In this document: piece by piece, positions 35,846 to 50,444 of the stretch
Position numbering within the stretch: the stretch's first letter is position 1
How the letters are laid out: each line of letters begins with the position of its first letter
From: Ylistrum balloti
Lineage: Eukaryota
NCBI RefSeq assembly: GCF_031769215.1
Contig: NW_026782645.1
Span: forward strand, 310,001 to 374,000
DNA: 64,000 nucleotides
Direction of reading: 5' to 3'
Program-made: the position numbers and the translations under genes
Notes under the pieces: model-generated
What the model saw: the letters and a program-made list of their open reading frames with translations, nothing else
Told to the model about the DNA's origin: nothing
The model's database searches: none

Positions 35846-36736
35846 TGTTTCTCTGGAACAGTGTATCTATTCTCTTACCCTAACATCATGTCATATCATG
35901 ACGTCACACGCAAATGCATGTACAATTTGCATATGTATGCGGGGCAGTAGAATAATAGAAAAACAATCTTTCGTCTCTTTGTTGGTATTATAGACAGATA
36001 TCAATGCTCTTTTTGCACGCCCCATCACGCCCACAATACGGTGATTCGAAATAGTGATCACGTGATTTAAAAGCATGGACTTTTTATATTTCGATTTGTG
36101 TTGAAACCAAGGCAGTGAATTTTCAATGCTGGTATATAGAAGTTGATAAGACAGAATCTCCTGTCCTCAAGTAAAATATCAGACTTTTAGTAATACACAT
36201 ATCCACATTTTAAAGTCGTTGGCGACGAAAACAAGTCAGGTAGATTTTGGAATAATGCCAGTATATCGACATAAATATTTGTCTACAATTTCCGTTTATG
36301 CTGAAACATGACCAGGTGAGTATGACGCAGGTAAGTGCGACCTTATCTTACCAAACGAATAAAACGATAAAACGCCATACCTGCATACCAGACTTTCAGA
36401 TATTGTACAAAATTACAGGTGTAGAATTACATAAAGCAGAGCTTTATTATACCAGTATATCATTGTGATTTATTAGTGTATAGATTTAGTCAGGAAAAAT
36501 CAAAACTCATCCCCAAAATATCAACTGTTGGTAATTTCAATAAATGATACAAACTTAAATAGAACACCGAGTATATAAGTCTCGGAACCTGTCACAAGTT
36601 ATCTCTGTAGTGGTAAGTTATGTAAAACCACATTTGACTGCAGCTATTTAATTCTGATATATTTTGTTACATTTTAATAAGATTTAGGAATCTAGCTGCG
36701 TTACTTAGTATACATGTCGTTATATTATTGCATGTG

Positions 36737-36863
36737 AAGAGAGAGAGAGAGTGGGGGAGAGAGAGAGGGGAGACAGAGAGGGGGGATGAGAGGGAGGAGA
36801 GATAGAGAGAGAGAGAGAGAGCGAGAGAGAGAGCGGGAAGAGAGAGAGGGGAAAAAGAGAGAG
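36737..36863. repeat. (GA)n-rich tract next to an assembly gap
   Basis: Purine-only GA repeats ending at the N run. Confidence 0.9.
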
Positions 36864-37298
36864 NNNNNNNNNNNNNNNNNNNNNNNNNNNNNNNNNNNNN
36901 NNNNNNNNNNNNNNNNNNNNNNNNNNNNNNNNNNNNNNNNNNNNNNNNNNNNNNNNNNNNNNNNNNNNNNNNNNNNNNNNNNNNNNNNNNNNNNNNNNNN
37001 NNNNNNNNNNNNNNNNNNNNNNNNNNNNNNNNNNNNNNNNNNNNNTGTCGTACTCTGTTTGTACTACTTCTGATTATGTACTACGTCCTGTTTTTTCTGC
37101 ACACAGGTACCGAACAGCACAAGCATTTGGCAACACTGCTATGTTATAAAGTTTAAAAGAAAAAGATTTAGAAAGAGAAAAAAATTAAATGTTTACTGTA
37201 TGTTTACCTGTCAAAAATTTTACAAACCAGGTATATCATGTATATTATTTAAAATACAAGTGCTTAATCTTTACCCACCTAAACGATCAAAACCAGAT

Positions 37299-38520
37299 AT
37301 ACCCCCTCTCTCCTTGTCAATACCCCCTGTCTCCTTGTCAATACCCCCTGTCTCCTTGTCAATAACTCTTCTCGAATTGCCAATGCCCAATCTCTTCTTG
37401 TCAATACCCCACTCTCCTTGTCAATACCCCTCTCTCCTTGTCAAAACCCCCTCTCTCCTTGTTAATATCCCCTCTCTCCTTGTCAATACCCCCCTCTCCT
37501 TGTCAATACGCCCTTCTCTCCTTGTCAATACCCCCTTCTCTCCTTGTCAATACCCTCTGTCTCCTTGTCAATACCCCCTGTCTCCTTGTCAATACGCCCT
37601 TCTCTCCTTGTCAATACCCCCTTCTCTTCTAGTCAATACCCTCTGTCTCCTTGTCAATACCCCCTGTCTCCTTGTCAATACCCCCTCTCTCCTTGTCACT
37701 ACCTCCTCTTTTTGTCAATACTCCCTCTCTCCTTGTCAATACACCCTCTCTCCTTGTCAATATTCCCTCTCTCCTTGTATATATCCCCTCTCTCCTTGTC
37801 AATACCCTGTCTCCTTGTCAATAGCCCCTCTCTCCCTGTCAATAACCCCATCTCTTCTTGTCAATATTCCCTCTCTCCTTGTCAATACTCCCTTCTCTCC
37901 TTGTCAATAACCCACTCTCTCCTTGTCAATACCCCCTCTCTCCTTGTATATATCCCCGCTCTCCTTGTCAATACCCTGTCTCCTTGTCAATACCCCCTGT
38001 CTCCCTGTCAATAACCCCATCTCTCCTTGTCAATACCCCCTCTCTCCTTGTCAATAACCCGCTCTCTCCTTGTCAATACCCCCTCTCTCCTTGTCAATAT
38101 TCCCTGTCTCCTTGTCAATACTCCCTGTCTCCTTGTCAATACCCCCTCTCTCTTTGTATATATCCCCTCTCTCCTTGTCAATACCCCCTGTCTCCTTGTC
38201 AATAACCCCTCTCTCCTTGTCAATACCCCCTCTCTCCTTGTCAATACCTTCTTCTCTCCTTGTCAATACCCCCTCTCTCCTTGTCAATACCCCCTCTCTC
38301 CTTGTCAATACGCCCTTCTCTCCTTGTCAATACCCCCTTCTCTCCTTGTCAATACCCTCTGTCTCCTTGTCAATACCCCCTGTCTCCTTGTCAATACGCC
38401 CTTCTCTCCTTGTCAATACCCCCTTCTCTCCTAGTCAATACCCTCTGTCTCCTTGTCAATACCCCCTGTCTCCTTGTCAATACCCCCTCTCTCCTTGTCA
38501 ATACCTCCCCTCACCTTGTC
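37299..38520. repeat. ~21-bp pyrimidine-rich minisatellite in the innexin 3 intron
   Basis: ctctccttgtcaataccccct repeated. Confidence 0.96.
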
Positions 38521-41146
38521 AAACTACGTTGGTGTCTGTGAGGTGTGTCTTGATCTCTCATTTTCCCAACTTTACATGTATGAAACCCGTTAGTTATCTG
38601 ATATCTCATGTAGGTCATATTCTACTCGTTTTTGGCTTGGTATTATTATACACCCCAAGCATATGTGTGTATCTTGTGAAGTCTGAAAGATGATATAAAA
38701 AGTAAGTAAAATGGTTTGAAACGATATATATTACTGTATGTGGGTCAACGGTCTCGCATGAGAGAGTATCTATGTGTCTTTGTAATAGTATCACATCTCC
38801 TATTTCAACTCTAAATAACCGGAAAATTGAATCTATTTACATGTAAAATGTAATTAATCCTTATCTAATTGTGACTTAACAAAAATGACGTAAGTGGGCG
38901 GTCTACATTTTCGCCCTAAAGCGCCCATGGTTTCTAGTCTGTGTGAAAACTACCATACATGTCTTATTCGTTTCTCTATTTTGAAATTCCTAATCTTTTC
39001 TAGTCATCAGAAAGCTTGAAACTTTTTAATACGGAATATTTGACATGCACATTCAGCGTGTCACTACGCACATCGAATATAACACCGATTGCTGGTAAAC
39101 AACCGAATTTCGTAAGATATTTGAAACTTTAAGATGTTTATTTATCTATTTGGTTATTTACTTTTGTACACAAAGCGCAACGCCTTGGTCAGAGAAGTCC
39201 TCTCGCAATTAAATCAGTCAATGAGGGACAGCAATTCCTTTTCATTCTTAACAGATCCCTAGCTGAATTGAGGTTTGTTAAAAATGTGTGCCCACTGTGG
39301 CTTAAGCTTTATAATTGGAAAAAAATAAAGATATATTATATTTATCTGGCTTCAATGAAGTTTTAACACATTGCAGTGTATGTGGGACGGGTTTAGACAG
39401 GTGTAAAATGTCGTGCCCCATTCCCCCCTGAATGGGTAGTGAGTTTAAGTTGTAAACTTTTGGTTGTTGACTTCTGAAGGCGACGTCAATCCGAGATGCC
39501 ATTTAACCTACTGAATTATGTCATTTGTAGTCTTTCACTGGCACGTTTCTATGGATATAGACAGTTGTTACTTCTGTTGAACTTCAAATATTAATGCTAT
39601 TTTGTTAGATGTAATACCATTAAGGGATTGATTTTAGTTGCGTGACTCCTAGCACTTTGAGAAAAAACACAAGGCGTTGTGGGGGATGTTCGGCTTTGGG
39701 TGTGGTTGGGTTGGGATTGTGATAGTTACTGAAACATCGTCCTTGTTGGGTCGTTTGGACAGGAATATGTACATAGCAAACACGCATTTTAAATGATAAG
39801 ACCATAATTCTTTAATCAATAAAGGATTTACACTGTTAGTTTTATAGAGGCGGGCTATCGAGGGGCGAGTTTGGTCGTTTGCGTGGACAATCAGTGACGT
39901 CAGAAAGATAGCTGTAGTGAATGCGAAGTTTTTCTGTTTCGAAATAACTATCAATCCAGTCTACATCGTGGGACACGCGTTATCTCGAATGTACGAAGAC
40001 GTAATGTTGATAACGGTCTTCCCCTTTACATCACAACTACATCGCGTGTCCTTTTATCTCAGAATGTAAAGAATGTCTTGTGTAAATAAATGGTGACATC
40101 ACAATACTGTTTACCTATAACTGTACAACAGAATAACTAGCCAGAAAGCCATACTTAAGACACGCCACAGGAACAGACCTTTTACACTTCCGATGAAATA
40201 TTACGACCGAGGTTTGATTTCACACAAAAGACGTAAAAAGTGGAATTACACGGACTTGCTTCTTGGTGTCGATTTCCCTATTTTAACAGTTTCAGTTGGA
40301 AACACAGATTTGAAATATAAGGTCATAAGTTTTCATACCATCAATGCTTGTTCTTCGCAATAAAATTAATTTCTTGTTAAATTGATTTTCTTTCATAAAA
40401 CATTCAGTCGTGGTCTAGAAGTAATAAAACTGAAATAACTTATTTGTGGCGTTCATTGAATTGTGAACATTGATTTATTTGGGTATCGAAATGTTCCTAT
40501 TTGATTACATGTGACCGTATGTATGATCTACCTGTGTGTGGTCAAGTGACCAGTTCGTCCGAAATGTCTGGAATGTTTGACCACACATTACTAGCGTCAC
40601 TACATAATACCTTTTGACCGTCAAGACTGGCCTGGAGGCAGGTTTCAATTACGTAATGACCTTGACTTGTATACGTTTGTATGTAAATGTCATTGACAAT
40701 TTAGAGTATATTTACAACACATTGACTGTGTTCAAAGTTTTTTCTTATAAAAGGATGAAATTGCGGGATTGAAATACAATTAAAACAAGTGAAAAGTAAA
40801 CAGAACAGTGGGTTTTAGAAAAAGAGTCACTTTTTATAAATTACATGTATTATGGTGACGTCATCATATTATACTGTTTACTTAACGAATATTTTAGATT
40901 ACACGTGAACTTATGGTACCTGTTTGTTTATATGTCACCGTGTATCGCGTGTTGTGTTCGATGCTCGTTGCAGCATGTATGCCTTGTGGATTCGTTGTTA
41001 ACATTGTTCTCATTTCGGAACGTGACATTGCACACTTGAATTGACCATGATTTACATTGAAGGAGTCGCCGTTGAGGTAGACGACGCTTCCGCTCCCGGA
41101 ATACATGGTCTAATTGTCCATGCACTTTTTTGTGGTTTCCGTGTAA

Positions 41147-42212
41147 CACAGTTTGTAGAGGAGAAATCGGTGGCATTTTATCGGGGTGGTGCAGTTTGTA
41201 GGGGAGAAATCGGTGGCATTCTATCGGGGTGGCCAGGTTGTAGAGGAGTAATCGGTGGCATTTTATCGGGGTTGCGCAGTTTGTAGGGTTGAAATCGGTT
41301 GCATTTTATCGGGGTGGCCAGGTTGCAGAGAAATCGATGGCATTTTATCGGGGTGGCGCAGTTTGTGGGGGAGAAATCGGTGACATTTTATCGGGGTGGC
41401 GCAGTTTGTAGGGGAGAAATCGATGGCATTTTATCGGGGTGGCTCAGTTTGTAGAGGAGAAATCGGTGGCATTTTATCGGGGTGGCGCAGTTTGTAGAGG
41501 AGAAATCGGTGGCATTTTATCGGGGTGGCCAGGTTGTAGAGGAGAAATCGGTGGCATTTTATCGGGGTGGCCAGGTTGTAGGGGAGAAATCGGTGGCATT
41601 TTATCGGGGTGGCCAGGTTGTAGGGGAGAAATCGGTGGTATTTTATCGGGGTGGCCAGGTTGTAGGGGAGAAATCGATGGCATTTTATCGGGGTGGCGCA
41701 GTTTGTAGGGGAGAAATCGGTGACATTTTATCGGGGTGGCGCAGTTTGTAGGGGAGAAATCGATGGCATTTTATCGGGGTGGCTCAGTTTGTAGAGGAGA
41801 AATCGGTGGCATTTTATCGGGGTGGCCAGGTTGTAGGGGAGAAATCGGTGGCATTTTATCGGGGTGGCCAGGTTGTAGGGGAGAAATCGGTGACATTTTA
41901 TCGGGGTGGCCAGGTTGTAGGGGAGAAATCGGTGGCATTTTATCGGGGTGGCCAGGTTGTAGGGGAGAAATCGGTGGCATTTTATCGGGGTGGCCAGGTT
42001 GTAGGGGAGAAATCGGTGACATTTTATCGGGGTGGCCAGGTTGTAGGGGAGAAATCGGTGGCATTTTATCGGGGTGGCCAGGTTGTAGGGGAGAAATCGG
42101 TGGCATTTTATCGGGGTGGCCAGGTTGTAGGGGAGAAATCGGTGGTATTTTATCGGGGTGGCCAGGTTGTAGGGGAGAAATCGGTGGCATTTTATCGGGA
42201 TGGTGCAGTTTA
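41147..42212. repeat. 42-bp G-rich minisatellite in the innexin 3 intron
   Basis: gtaggggagaaatcggtggcattttatcggggtggccaggtt repeated. Confidence 0.96.
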
Positions 42213-44081
42213 TAATGAACTTCCGGTTTTTAATTTCTGTGTTTTTTTGTGTTTTGTTTTTGTTTTGTTTTGTTTTGTTTGAAGGGGGATGTTATGACAA
42301 TATAACTGATTTGTCGTTCGAATTTTATTCGTAGCTCAGTCTTAATATATTAGAAAGATCACAAACTTGTTTGTTGAATTTTAAATCGACCTTCGAGGCC
42401 GAAATGGAAAATCAATATAAGGATTCGCTACATATGTTGTCAAACATTATGGTTAAATCCACAACGAATTTTAATAACGGCACAGGGGACCTGTGTCGCT
42501 GTTAATAAATAATGTAGTTTATAGATACCGTAGACGGTATTCGAGATTAGCGAGTACACGGCATGTAAGTTCACCCCTCCTATCTTGAATGCTGTACTGA
42601 ATATAGATAATGGATATATATATATATCTTTAACTGAATCATCTGGACCCACGGACTGGCACATATACGTGCCAGTCCGTGGGTCCAGATGATTCAGATG
42701 ATACTTGTACATAAGGCAAACAGTTAAAAAAACAACATAATATCATTTCATCTTATACAAACTTTCCATTGAGAAAAATGAAACATCTATTGCATATATT
42801 CTTATCATATTTATTTCCATTATTTATCTATAACGTTCAAAATGGGATCTTTTCACAAACAAATAAGATAAATTTAAAGAAAAATGGTATCATCGGATGT
42901 TCTTTTTTAAGAGCTAGTTTAATGGTTAAAAAGGAAATTTGCTAAGTAAAGCGTGTGTTAAGTGGGCGCCATACAAACAATGATAATTATCAACATTTTT
43001 TCCATAAAAGGTTTAGTCTCCGGAACTCCTGTATAATTGTAATCCGTACTTATTTATTAAGTTTTAAGGTGATCTTCCGGAGAAAGTGACACGTTTCATA
43101 GGGACTTGATACCAGTGGGTTTACGTGTATTATAACTACAGAGCATGTTGGGAGATGACCGTGTGTGTGACGAGTCCCTTTGATCTGTACAGGCTCAGCC
43201 GTAACGAGATTGATATGTATTATGATATTTACATATTTCAAACGGACGAATAACTGTAATGATTATTTTTTCAAGAAATTATAAATGACTAACTGTTTTC
43301 ACGAATACTTATAAAGTTTCATCGACAGCAAAGAATACTTATTTAACTTATATAAAAAATACCGCTCCATTTTATGACAAGAAATGCTTTATAAATAGGA
43401 ATATTCAATGTTTTGATATGGTATACTTATACTAATTAAGACAAGCATTTCGAAGCTAAATTTTGAAAAATCAATTTTTAAAATGCCAAAATATGTAATG
43501 AAATAAGAGACTTAAGTAAGATCAACGATGAAATGTTTTCAATTGGTGTGGATTGAAATGAGATTACTTATAAAACGGGGTACCATTCCATTTGCATTTA
43601 TCCATCGAATCTATTGCTACACAATAAGGGGAACGTTTCAATGAAACGTGACCAGGGTATATTGACATATCAAAAATCACAGCCATGATGCCTTTTTCAA
43701 ATTACTTTGAATACCGTCACGGGTCCCTGCGCATGATTTTTCGTTTTACGCATTAAAACACTTTCAGCGAATCAGAACACGCTAGATATCGGATCTACAA
43801 CAAGACCAGTAAAGTTTTTTTTAATGTAGTGTAGATATAAAGTACGCGAAAAGTAAAAAATTCTCCGTATTTCAACTTAACCTCGATTTCCTGTTTATAA
43901 GACTACGCTATACTCGCTGTTTGTGGATTTTAACCAGTGTACCCAAAGTCATAGACAATTGAAAATACCATGGATTTTTTTCTGAATGAATACGTGGTGT
44001 GTTGACAGTGTAGAAAAATATCCCCTTTTTCCACACCTCGCCCAAAAACAACGATTTCATTGGCAAATATCTTATACTTAC

Positions 44082-44089
44082 AATCCCAT
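44082..44089 (-). CDS. inx: Innexin 3 first coding exon (ATG GGA TT; MGF)
   Basis: aaATGGGATT|GTAAGTA, identical to the exon upstream of innexin 4; phase 2; 9.6-kb intron. Confidence 0.8.
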
Positions 44090-45580
44090 TTTCAATGTTG
44101 TTAGTGACTGATTTCAATTTCACGAAATCTACATCCTTGTCAAACTTTGTCAGCCATCTTGGTTTGGAGTCCTACGCACGCCTGTATACCTGTGATCTAC
44201 TTGTAGGTGTTTGCAGGTAAGGTAAACATGAAGTAGGTATATAGGTACGTGTCGTGCTGCTTGACAGGTCACAGACGGGGCTGATACAGCGATTATGTAG
44301 CGATGTTGTGAAAAATCCCCACAGGTAAATACACACCTTATCCCCTTACCTGTGATTTTTTTTACCTGTACAGGAAGATCTTTAAAGGCTACACACGTGA
44401 AGTAGTAGGCAGTTACTTGACACCTTTTCTGGTGACTCATTGAAACTAACTTTAATGTAGTGTAACAAGTTTCCATAGAGACTTTGCTCTCCCGAAAATT
44501 GCAAATAAAAATAAATGAATAATTAGAAATAAAAACAACTAATGATTATAATAACAAACAATATAATATGTATGTTATAATATATAATTATATATATAAT
44601 ATATTTATGTAAAATATACACAATGATCTATATATTACTAGAACATATAGGTCTCTCACAAATATGATTTTAGGCATTTGCTGTATAACGTTCACACGTT
44701 TTTGTACCTACTGACCTGTCCGCACTGCTTGACCCCGGACACTGGACACTAGTGCTCAGGTAAATCCGTCTACGTTCAAACAATCTGCATTTTGATTTCC
44801 GAAGGAACAGAATTTCTCTAATATAAAATGAAAGTATCTATGGAAACGAGAAAACATATTCATCAACCACATTTCATACGTTCCATTTCATCCTGATTTT
44901 CCGATATCTGTTAAAACTGAGAACATTACTACAGTGTATAACAATAATGACGCGTACAATACGATAACAAAACCCGTCCAGTTTTAAGCAACTTAATTTT
45001 TTGCACGTATTCTTAAAAAATCAACAGCTATCTGCCCAAAGCTATAGCCTTTGATGGAGTCACATGAAAAGAATTCAAGCTTAAAAACTCCCGCTTTGTT
45101 TTATCTGCAGTATACTTGGTAGTCTTGTCATTTGCTGGAAGGACTTTTGACGTGGGATAAACGACGTAATTTATTCTCTAATTAGTCCTAGCTATTAATT
45201 GATTATTATAATTAGTTCACCGTGACGACCTAATCATGGTGACACATATCCAACTGCAGGTGACAATCGCTTCAAATTGTTCTTTTGTAGTTAAGTAACG
45301 ATGATAAGTGAAAAGCTATAAAGCGGGTTTTCCCACTAATCTTGCATTCTCGGCCCCTACTCTCAGAGTTACAGAGTTACTGCCCTTAGTTTCATACTGA
45401 TGGTACACAGCGGTAGTCTTGAGAGCCGATTGGAACAGGGGAGGAGGGTCACTGATAAAACTACCCAGCCTTGAACATTATTGTATTGACCGATCTTTCC
45501 CTGATAACATTCTAGTCATATTTATGTTCATTTTCCAATTTATTTAGATGTTGCAATATGGTATTTCCTCGCCCCATATA

Positions 45581-45745
45581 GAGTCGAGCTTCGGGACCGT
45601 TGGAAAATTTCGAGTTAACCAATTTCCATTTTTTCAATTTGAATGAGGTCGAACGCTTGGTGAAATGTTTGCCGGGAAAGACGAAATACTAAGAATTAAA
45701 CGGCGTCTTCGAGTTATGCGAGTTCGAGATAACGAGGTTCGACTG
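45581..45745. mobile_element. MITE with the same terminal repeats, left end decayed
   Basis: TA|GAGTCGAGCTTCG ... GAGTTCGAGATAACGAGGTTCGACTG|TA. Confidence 0.72.
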
Positions 45746-47571
45746 TAAAGTGTACACATGCGTCCCGTGTATACAAGTTTTACATATTATAAAATAATGT
45801 TAACCCTTCGTGGTCCTGTGGCTGCTAATAGAAATCACTAATTTCCAGGGGTTTTCCCTCTTGCGGATTTAAAAGAAATAAAAGTGATTTAACATATATA
45901 CAGAAACACCCCTATATAAAAATGTCTATCGATAAAAATCACTTGGTTTGTCAACTGTTGTAAGGATCTCTTTTTTCTTCTGTCTTTTTTAAACTTGGGA
46001 TTCCTTCCTTCCATTCCGCAAGTTCCGGAGAGAAATACAATGTAATAATTTAACTTATCAGATACAGACTGCTATAAAGACCACGTGGCCTCGAGGACAA
46101 ATACCTGTGTATAAAGGTCACTCGGATTTATTTTTCCTTTCCGTTATAATTAAGTCTCGGTATGAAAACACCTCTGTTGACTGAAACGTTTTTTAAAAAT
46201 TAAAATGACCGATTTTCCAAAGTTTATTTGAATAATGATATAGAGTTTATGGGTTAAGCTAGGTTTAAATATTCGACGACTATTTGACATTTTCCGTGTG
46301 CGTAACACAAGGTATATCTTCTGTAGTGATATTAGGCAATATATTGCTGATCACGGACTACACGCTGGTGACGTAGTTGCACGGGTACACATCTGCAGTA
46401 CATAACGATACGATATTTAAATGTCCACATAATCTTGAAGTTTAAGATTAGTTTGTAGTAGTAACAGGAAATCCATGTTTATTACAAGTACCTGTTGATA
46501 AGCGCGTGATAAGTTTGAATCAATTGTCGCCAAACGAAAGGCTTTCATCGTGTTTGTAACCTGACAAACTTCAAGGGCTGCCATAAAGCGCCTCAAAGAA
46601 CATGATACTAATCATATTACTACATGTAACACTGTGCGTGTGTCAATCATTTGATTTATAAAGCTTGTAAACTATTAGTAGATATCTTTACCAAACATAA
46701 ACGTATATATGGCTTGACTCTGTTGTTTCGGAAATACGGTAAAGGTTTTCGATTGCAATTGGGATTTCAATCACTGGTCTTAATTCATCCGAATAGTGGC
46801 ACACTTCAAAATATACATATTACAAATTACGAAATTTATTGACCTTGGCGTGATAAACATGTACCAAAGAATATTCTGATGTACATCAACATCAGTCCAT
46901 TGTCTGTAGAAAAAACGCTTTTGTGAGCTTGATATTTATGTTATTCCCGTGAAATCTATATGCAGTTTGACGCAGTAGTTTCCAATTTGCATAACATTTA
47001 CAGTCGTTCATATCAACAGCAATCTAAATCTTGAAGCCTTTATGTCGGTATTTTTTACGCCAATCTCTACTAGTAAGATATACAACTCTTTGACTGCAAG
47101 GAACGACAACTCTTTACGAGTTAGGGACGACAACTCTGGGTAGAAAATGTCAGTGAGCCTAGCTTTGCACAACTTGTCAGAAAGAAGACAAGAAATGCCT
47201 TCGAAATTAAGCGACATGACTAGAAGAGCAATTATCACCCTATTCAAATCGATGATAGATACACAATATCATAATGTAATATTTTGTTTTAAAAGGAAAG
47301 AAAAAAAACATAAATAAAATGAAAAAGGGGACGGAAGTTATCGCGAGCGTAGCTCGAGCAACCCCGCAGAAAAAAACCATACATACTATCGGTCTCGAAG
47401 CTGTGACAAGGAAGTGGCATTATCATGCAGAAATGCATTACGCATGGCGGGTAGCAATATCACGACAAGAAGTCACGTGTGCAGATAATAAAAGTTTGGA
47501 CGAAAGAAACTATTAGTATATTACTCGGCAAAGATACAGAGATTGTCCGAAAGGGTAAACTACGACAAACA

Positions 47572-49369
47572 AAACACCATGAACTAGTTAGGAACACAAT
47601 AAATACCATGAACTAGTTAGCAACACAATAAATACCATGAACTAGTTAAGAACACAATAAATACAATGAACTAGTTAGCAACACAATTAATACAATGAAC
47701 TAGTTAGCAACACAGTTAATACCATGAACTAGTTAGAAACACAATAAATACCATGAACTAGTTAGAAACACAATGAATACCATGAACTAGTTAGCAACAC
47801 AGTTAATACCATGAACTAGTTAGAAACACAATAAATACCATGAACTAGTTAGCAACACAATCAATACCATGAACTAGTTAGCAACACAATAAATACCATG
47901 AACTAGTTAAGAACACAATAAATACAATGAACTAGTTAGAAACACAATAAATACCATGAACTAGTTAGAAACACAATAAATACCATGAACTAGTTAGCAA
48001 CACAATCAATACCATGAACTAGTTAGCAACAAAATAAATGAACTAACAACACAATAAATACCATGAACTAGTTAAGAACACAATAAATACCATGAACTAG
48101 TTATGAACACAATAAATACCATGAACTAGTTAGAAACACAATAAATACCATGAACTAGTTAAGAACACAATAAATACCATGAACTAGTTAGCAACACAAT
48201 AAATACCATGAACTAGTTAAGAACACAATAAATACCATGAACTAGTTAGCAACACAATAAATACAATGAACTAGTTAGAAACACAATAAATACCATGAAC
48301 TAGTTAGCAACACAATAAATACCATGAACTAGTTATGAACACAATAAATACAATGAACTAGTTAGGAACACAATAAATACCATGAACTAGTTAGCAACAC
48401 AATAAATACAATGAATTAGTTAGGAACACAATCAATACCATGAACTAGTTAGGAACACAATAAATACCATGAACTAGTTATGAACACAATACATACCATG
48501 AACTAGTTAGCAACACAATCAATACCATGAACTAGTTAGGAACACAATAAATACCATGAACTAGTTAGGAACACAATAAATACCATGAACTAGTTAGGAA
48601 CACAATACATACCATGAAATAGTTAGGAATATAATAAATACCATGAACTAGTTAGGAACACAATACATACCATGAACTAGTTAGTAATATAATAAATACC
48701 ATGACCTAGTTAGCAACACAATAAATACCATGACCTAGTTAGCAACACAATAAATACCATGACCTAGTTAGCAACACAATAAATACCATGAACTAGTTAG
48801 CAACACAATAAATACCATGAACTAGTTAGCAACACAATAAATACCATGAACTAGTTAGCAACACAATAAATACCATGAACTAGTTAGGAACACAATACAT
48901 ACCATGAACTAGTTAGGAACACAATAAATACCATGAACTAGTTAGGAACACAATACATACCATGAAATAGTTAGGAACACAATCAATAATAAATACACAA
49001 TGATACCATGAACTAGTTAGGAACACAATTAATACAATGAACTAGTTAGAAACACAATAAATACCATGAACTAGTTAGAAACACAATAAATACCATGAAC
49101 TAGTTAGGAACACAATAAATACCATGAACTAGTTAGCAACACAATAAATACCATGAACTAGTTAGCAACACAATAAATACCATGAACTAGTTAGCAACAC
49201 AATAAATACAATGAATTAGTTAGCAACACAACAAATACAATGAATTAGTTAGCAACACAATACATACCATGAACTAGTTAGGAACACAATACATACCATG
49301 AAATAGTTAGGAATATGATAGATACTATGTTCCTTACTAGTTCATTGTATCCATTGTGTTCCTAGCTAT
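47572..49369. repeat. ~30-bp minisatellite ending in an inverted copy of the unit
   Basis: aaataccatgaactagttagcaacacaat repeated; reverse-complement copies at 49323-49369. Confidence 0.95.
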
Positions 49370-50444
49370 TCACTCCATCAATGTTGACCAAAGTTATGTC
49401 AACACTTTGCATGTCGCCTCAGATAACACGCATTATAGTTTTACATCAATCATTCACATGATCTTGATTTTGGGAAGCTTTATATCTAAAATGTGGATGT
49501 AATTATTGACAGAGCTTCTAGTTATCCTCTGCGCATGCGCCACCAATTTGAAGCACGGCAGTAATTGGTTGGTCTTTATCGGCGTATGTAACCACATTAG
49601 ATGGAACAGCCCAACTATAGTAAATGGTGAACTCGGCTATTACAATCTAACGACTTTCCAACAGTTATCAGGTAGATTTTTTATTTTTTGTCCTCGTAAC
49701 TTATCATGACGGAAGTCACAAAGGATGTCAAGAGTAGAAAATAAAACTCAGAGAGAAGAACAAGGAAGAATGAAAGATCAAAGACACCGAAGCCTCCTCC
49801 TGACTGTGCAATGGACACACTTTTAATTACCTCTGACGACCCTGTAGTATGCAACAAACCGCTTTGTAAACTGGTACTTGTATAAAAAGACGTTGCCGGT
49901 TCCCAGATTTATGACATCATTCATGACATCATTGATGACGTCACATAAGGATACTGGCGAAGAAATGTTTATATTTTTAGTAAGCAAAGTTATGTCCGAA
50001 TTATTATATTATTCCGTGCCCAGAATTAGAAGAAACAAAATCATGGATTTCACAGGGGATCATGTGTACCTCCTGCCGAACAGCTACAGCGTCTCTAATT
50101 CTGTGTGACACTGACTGTCCGGACAGCAATGCTATTCCATCTACTTGGTAAGTGTATTGGCCAATTGTTGGAGGATATATTGGATGTTTGCTATTCCATC
50201 AATCAATCCATCCATCCGTTAAACGTGTTCATTATCCTAACATAGAAGCCCCTGATAATTAACAGTTTGGTTAATTAAGTTTAATTAAAATATGCATCAA
50301 CAGGTCAACAACACCAGTAAATATACTGTACCAGTAAATCTGATTCAAAGGGAGATAACTTCAACAGACTTTTAGAAATTACGAAGACTTGACGAACAAA
50401 TAGATATTTCAGTTTGGAAATCAAGAGAGATAACTCTTGCGTGC

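Noticed and set aside
39649-41286. Short ORFs in the innexin 3 intron (one with a signal-peptide-like start)
   Set aside because: No recognisable family or convincing splice structure
41147-42212. G-quadruplex potential of the 42-bp G-rich repeat
   Set aside because: G4 runs are separated by long loops and lie on the non-sense strand; weak
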